Source: Bacteroidales bacterium (lineage in GTDB: Bacteria > Bacteroidota > Bacteroidia > Bacteroidales > VadinHA17). From it: DNA of 64,000 bases. The DNA is taken from positions 35,146 through 99,145 of the forward strand of contig JAFGLJ010000001.1 of NCBI GenBank assembly GCA_016928075.1, written 5' to 3'. The position numbers were made by a program, and so were the translations under genes. Under the pieces are notes generated by a model. That model worked only from the letters and a program-made list of their open reading frames with translations, was not told the DNA's origin and did no database searches. Positions 48,802 through 56,838 of the stretch are shown here, in pieces (the first letter of the stretch is position 1; each line of letters opens with the position of its first letter).

Positions 48802-48856
48802 TAGGAACCTGCCTGCTAATTCTATTTCTGTGGCGACACCCAATTTGGCCGTCACT

Positions 48857-48995
48857 CTGCTCCCTGCCAAACCCACGGCCTTTTCCGACGTAATCCCGGG
48901 TTATCGGGATGAAGTCGGAAGTGGGTAAATAGTAATAGCCCGGGTCATACCCCGGGTAATGGATCATTCCCCACCCCAACACGACCGCAGCGTGG
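48857..48995 (-). repeat. ~139-bp dispersed repeat, family 3, copy A (inverted relative to copy B at 60956-61091)
   Basis: The reverse complement aligns by eye to 60956-61091 at roughly 85% identity, including the identical run acccacttccgacttcatcccgataaccc. Confidence 0.85.
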
Positions 48996-49198
48996 TCGAA
49001 TAAATAAACACAGGCGCCAGGAGTGTATATTACAGAAATCGGCCTTGATTATTTTTGGATTAAGATCAGGTAATGAATAATTTCCCTGTTCCATTCACAA
49101 TAACATATCAATATTGAGAATATCAGATATCATAGATTGTTGGTAGAAATGTAACTATACACTATTTTATGTACTAATAGATAAACAGGTATCACTGA

Positions 49199-49726
49199 AT
49201 GTTGGATAAAGAAGAAAAGTTTAACCGGATTATAGCTGAGAACAGTGACCGGATAAAGCGTATCTGCGGTTATTACAATGCAAATGCACATGATCGGAAG
49301 GATATGTATCAGGAAGTCCTGGTAAATATATGGAACAGTCTTGATAATTTCCGGGGTGACGGTTCGATGAATACCTGGATTTACCGGATTGCTGTGAATA
49401 CAGCACTGCGCTATACCGGGAATGCATATAAGCACATGAAACTGATTGTTGATGCCGATACTCAAAACCTGAGTTCTGTGTTAGATGATGATGAGAATTA
49501 TGAAGATAAACGGGTAAAGGAAAATCAACTGGCAAGCCTGCAAAACGAGTTAAACCTGCTGTCGGTTATTGACAAGGCGTTAATATCATTGATGCTTGAG
49601 GGTTTGAGTATGAAAGAAATAGCTGATATAATAGGCATTACCGAATCTAATGTGAAGGTGAAAATTCATCGTATTAAATCTCATTTGAAAACGAAACTAA
49701 GAGGACAGAGATATGACACTGAGTAA
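49199..49726 (+). CDS. ECF-type sigma-70 family RNA polymerase sigma factor
   Basis: Region 2 is DMYQEVLVNIWNSLDNFRG...NTWIYRIAVNTAL. The region 4 HTH is LSMKEIADIIGITESNVKVKIHRIKSHLK. Confidence 0.85.
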   Translation: MLDKEEKFNRIIAENSDRIKRICGYYNANAHDRKDMYQEVLVNIWNSLDNFRGDGSMNTWIYRIAVNTALRYTGNAYKHMKLIVDADTQNLSSVLDDDENYEDKRVKENQLASLQNELNLLSVIDKALISLMLEGLSMKEIADIIGITESNVKVKIHRIKSHLKTKLRGQRYDTE

Positions 49727-50279
49727 CGAACAAATTGAACAGGTAAACCTTGACGAGCTAATAAGCAATCTTAAGAAAGAAGATGAGCAATATGCGGGTT
49801 TAAGCAAAAGAATGCAATATATCTATTGGATTATGAGCCTTATATTTATTTTCGTAATAGTAATCCAGATTGTTGGTAAATGCCATGTTGTTGATATTAT
49901 AGGTAATTTCTGTTTCCTGTTTGCTATGTTAATTTTTGGATTTCTTTTCAAATATTATTACCGGGAATACAAATATGTTGATTACTCGCAACCAACCCTG
50001 GTTATGCTTAAGAAAGCAGCATCCAGATATAAACCATTTCAGTTAAAGACATTATTGTCTGTACTGTCATTATTACTTGTGGATGCCGGTTTAAGTCTTA
50101 ATTCCTCTCTGGGTTTTAAGTTTATCTGGATCCAGGTCTTTTATCTGGGAATTGTTGTTTTAGCTACAATAATCGGGCTGTTAGTCTGGCGTGTGCGCTA
50201 TAAGCCCATACGTGATGCGACTTTAAGTCTGATCCGTGAAATTGATGGGGAAAATAATGCCCGGGGATTTGAGCATTGA
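49713..50279 (+). CDS. Membrane protein co-transcribed with the sigma factor (possible anti-sigma partner)
   Basis: It overlaps the sigma gene by 14 nt and has four predicted TM helices. No zf-HC2 motif was seen, so the anti-sigma role is contextual only. Confidence 0.5.
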   Translation: MTLSNEQIEQVNLDELISNLKKEDEQYAGLSKRMQYIYWIMSLIFIFVIVIQIVGKCHVVDIIGNFCFLFAMLIFGFLFKYYYREYKYVDYSQPTLVMLKKAASRYKPFQLKTLLSVLSLLLVDAGLSLNSSLGFKFIWIQVFYLGIVVLATIIGLLVWRVRYKPIRDATLSLIREIDGENNARGFEH

Positions 50280-50289
50280 GTTTTGACAG

Positions 50290-51420
50290 ATGATAATATT
50301 GTCATATAGGATGAAAAACGGTTTTATAAATAATAATTATAGCAGGATCCCCGATAATTCAACCACGAGGATTTTGGATGCCAGTGACTCAATCTCATTC
50401 CATTCTTCCCTGCACGACTATGCTCCTACTCCCCTGTACAAACTGCCGGAACTAGCCAGGCAATATAAAGTATCCAATATATATCTTAAAGATGAATCGC
50501 ACCGCTTTGGCCTTAATTCGTTCAAGGCCCTGGGTGCATCATATGCTGTTAATAAACTGATTTCTAATAATCAGGCGTTTGATACTCTTTGTACTGCAAC
50601 AGAAGGAAACCATGGAAGAGCTCTCGCATGGTCGGCCAGAATTTTTAATAAGAAATGCATTGTATTTGTCCCCGGGGATACTGCTTTAAGCAGGATTAAG
50701 GCTATTGAAAATGAGGGAGCCAGGGTTGTCCGGGTTGACGGGGACTATGACGATGCCTGTAAACAAGCAGAATCAACCAGCTTAGTTGAGGGCTGGTCCC
50801 TTGTCCAGGATTCTGCCTGGCAGGGGTATGAAGTGATACCTGCTTATATTATGGCAGGTTATCTTACAGCCTATGCTGAACTGGAAGAAGATCTGCACCG
50901 GGTAAACCAGGATATTGATATAGTCATGCTGCAGGCAGGTGTAGGAAGCTGGGCTGCTGCGGGCATATGGTATTTTCATGCCAGGTACGGTAAGAAGACT
51001 CCAAAGATCATAGTTGTAGAACCTGAAGAAGCTGATTGCATCCTGTCATCATTCAGATCAGGCAGGCGAACACGATCTGCCGGATCGAACAAGACTATTA
51101 TGGCAGGTCTCAACTGCAGTACTGCATCCTCAATAGCCTGGGATATTATACACTCATCTGCAATGGCTTCAATAAGCATCAGCGACAGCTCAGTCATTAA
51201 GACGATTAAGAAACTCTATTACCCATCGGGTAGTGATCAGAGAATTATATCCGGTGAATCAGGGGCCGCCGGCCTTGCGGGGTTTATGGAAATAATGGAA
51301 TCAGAAGAATTTAAACCTCTTCAAGAACATCTCGATATATCAGATAAGACAAATGTTTTAGTATTCAACACCGAAGGATCAACCGATCCTGTGAGCTTCA
51401 ATGATATTATAAAACCGTAG
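50290..51420 (+). CDS. dpaL: Diaminopropionate ammonia-lyase (PLP-dependent, YgeX/DpaL-like)
   Basis: It matches my recollection of E. coli YgeX across the whole length: KDESHRFGLNSFKALGASYA (PLP lysine), TATEGNHGRALAW, VQDSAWQGYEVIP, LQAGVGS, VEPEEADC, RIISGESGAAGL, NTEGSTDP. Confidence 0.8.
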   Translation: MIILSYRMKNGFINNNYSRIPDNSTTRILDASDSISFHSSLHDYAPTPLYKLPELARQYKVSNIYLKDESHRFGLNSFKALGASYAVNKLISNNQAFDTLCTATEGNHGRALAWSARIFNKKCIVFVPGDTALSRIKAIENEGARVVRVDGDYDDACKQAESTSLVEGWSLVQDSAWQGYEVIPAYIMAGYLTAYAELEEDLHRVNQDIDIVMLQAGVGSWAAAGIWYFHARYGKKTPKIIVVEPEEADCILSSFRSGRRTRSAGSNKTIMAGLNCSTASSIAWDIIHSSAMASISISDSSVIKTIKKLYYPSGSDQRIISGESGAAGLAGFMEIMESEEFKPLQEHLDISDKTNVLVFNTEGSTDPVSFNDIIKP

Positions 51421-51443
51421 AGACGTTGCATTTAATGTCTCGA
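51417..51443. repeat. REP family 2 copy (GTAGAGACGTTGCATTTAATGTCTCGA)
   Basis: Degenerate palindrome of the same family. Its TAG (51418-51420) is the dpaL stop codon. Confidence 0.6.
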
Positions 51444-51562
51444 AGGACTGCTGCAGAAGATTTTATGACATGTTGGGATAAAGATTCCGTGTTCTATTTT
51501 CCTGATGCTACTATCTGAAAGATTTTATATCTTTATTGCTGGAATAAAAAGTCTAGCATAAA

Positions 51563-52135
51563 ATGGCAGGGAAATCTCATAAAAAATTCTCTGATAATTC
51601 ATTACGTCGTCCGGAATGGGATTACTGCAAATCTGCTGCATATTTTGTTACAATATGTACAAAAAACAGAATACCATATTTTGGTGAATCCGTTAATGGG
51701 ATATTGCAATTATCAGAAATTGGAACAATTGCCTGTAAATATTGGATTGAAATCCCGAATCATTTTGGATTTATTGAATTGGATACATTTATTATCATGC
51801 CTGATCATGTTCATGGGATAATTATTATTAAGAACAACAAGGCTAATGATAATAGAACAATAGACATAACGGAAATTTATTCTACCTCTGTAGGGACGCC
51901 CAAATTGGGCGTCCCTACGATGCCTGATTCAATAAACCCGACAAGAAAACCAAATTGGAAATCAAATTCATTGGGGCTGATAATTAACCAATACAAAAGG
52001 ATCTGTACCATTGATATTCGAAAAATCAATCCTGATTTTTCCTGGCAATCCAGGTATCATGACCGGGTAATACGTGATTGTGACGAATACTACAGAATCC
52101 GCAACTATATTCTGGAAAATCCATTAAATAAATAA
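51563..52135 (+). CDS. REP-associated tyrosine transposase (RAYT) / IS200-like HUH Y1 transposase
   Basis: 190 aa. The HUH motif is in PDHVHGIII and the catalytic-Tyr region is WQSRYHDRVIR. N-terminal YFVTICTKNR is typical of COG1943-type proteins. No terminal IS structure was seen. Confidence 0.75.
   Translation: MAGKSHKKFSDNSLRRPEWDYCKSAAYFVTICTKNRIPYFGESVNGILQLSEIGTIACKYWIEIPNHFGFIELDTFIIMPDHVHGIIIIKNNKANDNRTIDITEIYSTSVGTPKLGVPTMPDSINPTRKPNWKSNSLGLIINQYKRICTIDIRKINPDFSWQSRYHDRVIRDCDEYYRIRNYILENPLNK
51890..51918. repeat. REP family 2 copy inside the RAYT coding sequence (perfect 14+1+14 palindrome)
   Basis: GTAGGGACGCCCAA-A-TTGGGCGTCCCTAC is translated in frame as VGTPKLGVPT. Confidence 0.9.
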
Positions 52136-52216
52136 CCAGGACTACTACTAATAACATGAACCTTTGTTAAATTTGAATACAAATTAAATTTACATTATTT
52201 TTGCCGCACAAATTCC

Positions 52217-52266
52217 GGCCCCATTTTATCCGCCGTAGCTTTAGCGAAGGTGGAAGTTCAAGGGAT
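52217..52266 (+). other. Fragment copy of tRNA-Arg 5' end (nt 1-20) split by a 30-bp REP family 4 insertion
   Basis: ggccccat + [tttatccgccgtagctttagcgaaggtgga] + agttcaagggat. Joined together, the flanks equal the first 20 nt of the tRNA at 52304. Confidence 0.8.
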
Positions 52267-52303
52267 TAATGACTTGTAGGAATAAAATGGAGCTTATGTA
52301 CTC

Positions 52304-52375
52304 GGCCCCATAGTTCAAGGGATAGAACGGAAGTTTCCTAAACTTCAAATTCAGGTTCGAGTCCTGGTGGGGCTA
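52304..52375 (+). tRNA. tRNA-Arg (anticodon CCT)
   Basis: Hand-folded 72-nt cloverleaf. The acceptor pairs GGCCCCA/TGGGGCT, the D arm is GTTC-AAGGGATA-GAAC, the anticodon arm is GAAGT-TTCCTAA-ACTTC, the variable loop is AAAT, and the T arm is TCAGG-TTCGAGT-CCTGG. The discriminator is A and no CCA is encoded. Confidence 0.9.
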
Positions 52376-52382
52376 CATGATC

Positions 52383-52418
52383 AAAGCCTGTTCCGCGTTA
52401 GCGGTACGGGCTTTTTTG
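52383..52418 (+). terminator. Rho-independent terminator-like hairpin after tRNA-Arg
   Basis: AAAGCCTGTTCCGC-GTTA-GCGGTACGGGCTTT followed by TTTTTG. Confidence 0.6.
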
Positions 52419-52551
52419 TTTGACCGGAATAATGCTTGCATTTATGATGGTCTGAACAAAAAAGCCCGTACGCTGCTTTGCAGCGACAGGCTTTGATGAT
52501 GGGCTGTTATTGCATGAGGTCCGCGCTGACACCGTAAGGTTGTCAGCGCAA

Positions 52552-52567
52552 TCCTGGTGGGGCTACA
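52552..52567 (+). repeat. Copy of the tRNA-Arg 3' end (16 nt, tcctggtggggctaca)
   Basis: Exact match to tRNA positions 52362-52377. It is preceded by an unrelated hairpin (gcgctgaca...tgtcagcgc), so it is not a tRNA. Confidence 0.85.
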
Positions 52568-52745
52568 AAACAAAAAGCCTTTACCCCGAAGGGGTGAGGG
52601 CTTTTAAATTATCAGATCACGAGCTTGCTTGGAAGATCTGATAATTTAAAAGAACTTAATATCCGCAAAGCGGATAAAAGGCTTTTTGTTTTAGTAAAGC
52701 TGAATTTTCAGGTCCGCGAGGCCCCGAGCACTCGGGGGTGAGCAA

Positions 52746-52768
52746 TCCTGGTGGGGCTACATGATCAA
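52746..52768 (+). repeat. Copy of the tRNA-Arg 3' end plus flank (23 nt, tcctggtggggctacatgatcaa)
   Basis: Exact 23-nt direct repeat of 52362-52384. It overlaps the stop codon of the convergent E1-beta gene. Confidence 0.9.
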
Positions 52769-53778
52769 TCTTTTAAAAGTTTTAATGATGATGCAACTAT
52801 TTGTTTTGTCCCCGGGATAATCTTCATTTCCTCTGAATGAGAATATGGTATGGTCTGATCGATGCTAACTCTTCCAAACTTAAGTCTTAATAAGTTTTCT
52901 AACGCTATAGCGGCAAGTTCACCTGTAAGACCATAGTGTTTGTAGTCTTCATCTACAACAAGCAAATGACCTGTCTTTGAAATGGAATTCAAAACAGTAG
53001 TGGTGTCAAGAGGGGCTACAGATCTCAAATCTATAACCTCGGCTGATATATCCTTACTTTCTAAGTGCTGAGCCGCTTCCAAAGCCCTATGAACTCCAAC
53101 ACCAATGCTTGCAATCGTAATATCAGTCCCTTCTCTTATCATGGAGGCACTTCCTAAAGGAATGGATAACCACTTATCAGGAACCTCACCCTTCTCACCA
53201 GCAGGGGGTACATTATAATCCAGATTGTCCCGGCCACCACTACCTAAGTAATCGCGCCAGTAGTCTGCCAACAATTTATGCTCAAGAAATATTACAGGGC
53301 TATCATGTTCTATGGCAGTTAACATCAAACCGCCAGCGTCCGATGGATTAGAAGGCACAACAATGTTGATCCCAGGAATATGAGCCAGCCAACCCCAAAG
53401 TGCTTGTTCGTGTTGCCCACCATCACCGTAACCACCACCACATGCTGCTCGAACAACCATTGGAACCTTCCACTTATTTCCTGAGAAGAATTCTGTTTTA
53501 GCAGCATGGTTCAAAAGCGCATCGATTGCCACGCCAATAAAATCAATCAGCATAATCTCAACTATTGGCCGAAGGCCTGCCATTGCTGCCGTGACACCGG
53601 CTCCAAGAAAAGCACTTTCGCTGATAGGTGTGTTGATCACTCTCTTCTCACCAAAGCGGGAAAACAGATTCACGCGTAACATGCGCACATCCTCACCTAA
53701 AATAATGATGTTCGGGTCTTCACTCATAGCTTGAGCAATGGCATCTTCAATGGCTTCTGCGAATGTTAGTGTTCTCAT
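52765..53778 (-). CDS. 2-oxoacid (pyruvate/acetoin-type) dehydrogenase E1 component, beta subunit
   Basis: 337 aa with a transketolase-like pyrimidine-binding and C-terminal domain pattern (ILGEDV...NTPISE...G.A..G.RP). It overlaps the alpha gene by 4 nt. Confidence 0.85.
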   Translation of the reverse strand: MRTLTFAEAIEDAIAQAMSEDPNIIILGEDVRMLRVNLFSRFGEKRVINTPISESAFLGAGVTAAMAGLRPIVEIMLIDFIGVAIDALLNHAAKTEFFSGNKWKVPMVVRAACGGGYGDGGQHEQALWGWLAHIPGINIVVPSNPSDAGGLMLTAIEHDSPVIFLEHKLLADYWRDYLGSGGRDNLDYNVPPAGEKGEVPDKWLSIPLGSASMIREGTDITIASIGVGVHRALEAAQHLESKDISAEVIDLRSVAPLDTTTVLNSISKTGHLLVVDEDYKHYGLTGELAAIALENLLRLKFGRVSIDQTIPYSHSEEMKIIPGTKQIVASSLKLLKD

Positions 53779-54812
53779 CCTTGATTGTTATTTTCATACA
53801 TCCTTAAAACCTCTTCAACCATTCCTTTCATTTCTTTATTTACTTCTTCCTCAATGCTTATTATCTCTTCCTGCTCACTTATCTTTTTTCTAAGTATTAA
53901 CAAAGGATCCTGTTCTCCTGAAAATCTGTGTTTCGCTGTTTTTCCCAATAACGATGCAATATTTTTCAGACTCCTGACACGCTCCTTTAGTGATGCTCCG
54001 CTAAAGCTTACAGCAGATTTGAATAGCGGCCCGGTAATTCGGGCCAGTTCTTTAACAGGTTCATTGACAATTCTTAAAAGGGGGTCTCCAAGAAAATGGC
54101 CTTGAGTTCTTTTGCAGTTCGCAAGAATGAAGGAAGGACCTTTGCCTGATCGGGCATCTGCAATAGCTTCATTCGCTGCTTCCCAAACAATTTCAACATC
54201 GGTGCCATCCAATTCTTTTGCGGGCATGTCAAATGACATAGCTCTTTCAACCAATTTACCGGCTGTCACTTGAGATGATTGTGTGGTGATAGCCATTCCA
54301 CTGTCCTTACAGACAAACAACACAGGCAGTTTAAGTACTGATGAAAAATTTAATGACTCCATTAACATACCCTGGTTAACAGCGCCTTCCCCGAAGAATG
54401 CTACAGCTATCTTTTCAGGTCTTAAATGTTGAGCAGCTATAGCAAAACCTACTGCGGCAGGACCGGAAGCACCTACGATACCAGATGAAGCAATCAGGTG
54501 TGATTTTGAAAATATATGCATATGGCCTCCCATCCCTGAACAAAGCCCTTTGCAATGACCCATAAATTCCAGCAGTAATTCTTTGGGATCAACACCCCTG
54601 ATGATCGAGGGGGATGTCCCTCTGTGGTCAAGTGCAAGAGCATCTCCGTCAACCAATTGAGTTACTATACCCGCATTGATTGCTTCTTCACCAATCCCCG
54701 TGTGCATTTCGCCAGTTATAAGACCATCATTCCATATTTGCACTACTTGTTCCTCGAACAATCGGCTTCTATACATCTGCCGATAAATATTTAATCTGTT
54801 GATAGAATTCAT
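53775..54812 (-). CDS. 2-oxoacid dehydrogenase E1 component, alpha subunit (TPP-binding)
   Basis: 345 aa with a TPP-binding pattern (GEGAVNQG...N). It is typical of the E1-alpha family. Confidence 0.85.
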   Translation of the reverse strand: MNSINRLNIYRQMYRSRLFEEQVVQIWNDGLITGEMHTGIGEEAINAGIVTQLVDGDALALDHRGTSPSIIRGVDPKELLLEFMGHCKGLCSGMGGHMHIFSKSHLIASSGIVGASGPAAVGFAIAAQHLRPEKIAVAFFGEGAVNQGMLMESLNFSSVLKLPVLFVCKDSGMAITTQSSQVTAGKLVERAMSFDMPAKELDGTDVEIVWEAANEAIADARSGKGPSFILANCKRTQGHFLGDPLLRIVNEPVKELARITGPLFKSAVSFSGASLKERVRSLKNIASLLGKTAKHRFSGEQDPLLILRKKISEQEEIISIEEEVNKEMKGMVEEVLRMYENNNQG

Positions 54813-55302
54813 ATTAGGTTATTCAATAGCAGCTGACGCGTGTGTATATACACTTATATTGTGTTTATTCTTCCCGTGTCAATAATATGTAGTGTTAATA
54901 TAATTCTAAATTAAGGGGATAAGAACACTTTTGCTCTCATTATTCCTTACATTACCTTCTACAATGTAGGTAAAAATTAAAAATTAAACAACTGCCATAC
55001 AACTCATTATTCAACCTCATAGTCCAGCGCGAGCCGACTGCGAAGGGCCTAAAATTTTCAGCAAACTCACGATTGGCGAATAAAATTGGCTGCAGCAGGC
55101 GAGCACTAATCCTCAAGTGAGGGTTGCGTTTTCAGTTGCATACCTATGAGTATGGGTCCTGTTATGCAACTTAAAGGCAGCAACCGAGACCCGGTTTACC
55201 CGGGTCGAGCTCATGAACACTGGCATCTATGACAGTGTGAATAATCCGAACACCTATTACCAAGTGATAATATGAATCTTACTACAAATATCACAGTCCT
55301 GA

Positions 55303-56052
55303 ATGGCATTATTATTGTATTTGAATATATGCTCTGAATCGGTTATAAATTCTCTTTCATATGATACAAATGGAATCTTATTAAGCATTGTTATTTTGAA
55401 ATTTATAAAACCAATATTAGTAATACCATTACTCATCCTGATTACTCACCAGCAGAACCTTAATGCCCAATCCGATACTACTCTGTATGAAATGCAGGAT
55501 AGCATTAGTCTTATATTGAATAAACCTACCAGAATTATTGATCCAACGAAAACAACACTGATGGCCGCAGCTTTCCCCGGGCTTGGACAGGTATATAACA
55601 GGAAATATTGGAAAATACCACTGGTTTATGCCGGCTTTGGTGCTCTAGGTTACAGCATTATACGTAATTCACAATATTTTGACGAATTCATAGAAGCCTA
55701 TCAGGACCTTAATGATGATGTGGCAGAGACAAACAGCTATGAAAAATATACCATTGCTACATATGATTCAGAAGAAATAGATCCTGCACTGGGAGCAGAT
55801 ATTTATAATCCTGTCTCAAACAGTTGGGTAAAAGACTGGCTGTTAAATAGAATCTCATTCTATAGAAAATATCGTGATTTGTCTTATATTGGCGTTGCAG
55901 TATGGTATATAGTGTCAATACTTGATGCAAATGTTGATGCCGTACTATATGATTATGATGTCAGTCCTGATTTGAATGTCAGGTTTGAGCCTACACCCAT
56001 ATATTTTGTTTATGGTAAAACTATCGGCTTAAGTATAACAGTTACATTTTAA
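55303..56052 (+). CDS. DUF5683 domain protein
   Basis: The core AAAFPGLGQVYNRKYWKIPLVYAGFGALGY is characteristic. The start is uncertain, since the signal-like segment begins ~aa 30. Confidence 0.7.
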   Translation: MALLLYLNICSESVINSLSYDTNGILLSIVILKFIKPILVIPLLILITHQQNLNAQSDTTLYEMQDSISLILNKPTRIIDPTKTTLMAAAFPGLGQVYNRKYWKIPLVYAGFGALGYSIIRNSQYFDEFIEAYQDLNDDVAETNSYEKYTIATYDSEEIDPALGADIYNPVSNSWVKDWLLNRISFYRKYRDLSYIGVAVWYIVSILDANVDAVLYDYDVSPDLNVRFEPTPIYFVYGKTIGLSITVTF

Positions 56053-56161
56053 AATCAATATTCAACTTAAAGAGAGCAATCCGAACACTTAATTTCCAAT
56101 ATTATTAGTATATGAACAGATATAGATGGATTTGTTTCCCTTAAAAAAATTGTTCTGATAT

Positions 56162-56644
56162 TTATAAGTCCGAGAAGAAAAATCTAAGCATAGAATATGC
56201 TTCTCTTATATCATTACCATCCATACGATTAAAATAAGCAGCAATAAACTCCCAATCCAAAATATGATATGCGTAAACTGGCATACCTACCTTATTGCGC
56301 TTTCGAATTGCATAATATTCACCCCTAAGGTACTCTTGCATTTCCCAATCAATATTATAGATATAATACCCACCAAAAAACTTCATTATAGCCTCAACTG
56401 ACCTGAATAGTGGGTCAGCTAAACCACATATTACTAACTCTTGTTTTATTTCTGTCCCAAGATGTTTCTTGAATTGCTTTTGTTCATACCTGCTGAACCC
56501 ATCAGCTGGTTTTAACTTCCAGTAAAATGAGTGTATTTTCATCGGCCCAAGTGAAGCCAGGTATCTTTCATAGTGGTACAGTAGCTTCTTTTGAGCAAAC
56601 GGTAATGGTTCTTTCAACCATATACTTGTACATCCTCCGTCCAT
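56162..56644 (-). CDS. Hypothetical protein (160 aa), translationally coupled to the upstream small membrane protein
   Basis: Clean ORF whose ATG overlaps the upstream TAA by 1 nt (TAATG at 56642-56646). No family recognised. Confidence 0.5.
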   Translation of the reverse strand: MDGGCTSIWLKEPLPFAQKKLLYHYERYLASLGPMKIHSFYWKLKPADGFSRYEQKQFKKHLGTEIKQELVICGLADPLFRSVEAIMKFFGGYYIYNIDWEMQEYLRGEYYAIRKRNKVGMPVYAYHILDWEFIAAYFNRMDGNDIREAYSMLRFFFSDL

Positions 56645-56838
56645 TATTTATCCTTTTTATTTGATCTTTTTGCAATACCCCTTAGTATAAGGTATATTAT
56701 GAATATTACTATTAGTATAAATGTCAATGTATGCCCGAGAGCTTCTGTTACCTCTGTAATTGCATCTGAGAGATCACCTGATTGGTAAAATAAAAGTGTT
56801 TTCATGGTGCGTATATTGTTTAGTAAATAAAGAACCAC
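56644..56838 (-). CDS. Small single-pass membrane protein (64 aa)
   Basis: One strongly hydrophobic helix (LTFILIVIFIIYLIL) followed by a basic tail. It is coupled to the downstream ORF. Confidence 0.45.
   Translation of the reverse strand: MVLYLLNNIRTMKTLLFYQSGDLSDAITEVTEALGHTLTFILIVIFIIYLILRGIAKRSNKKDK

Noticed and set aside
48758-48982. 74-aa minus-strand ORF (MLGWGMIHYPGYDPGYYYLPTSDFIPITRDY...).
   Set aside because: It coincides with dispersed repeat family 3. The second copy (60956-61091) does not preserve an ORF.
52501-52768. A second and third tRNA gene suggested by the repeated ...TCCTGGTGGGGCTACA ends.
   Set aside because: No acceptor 5' strand, D arm or anticodon arm can be folded upstream of either copy. 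Only the last 16-23 nt match the real tRNA.
52765-54812. The E1 alpha/beta pair as part of a complete 2-oxoacid dehydrogenase operon.
   Set aside because: No E2 or E3 gene is adjacent in this window, so substrate assignment (pyruvate, acetoin or branched-chain) cannot be made from context.
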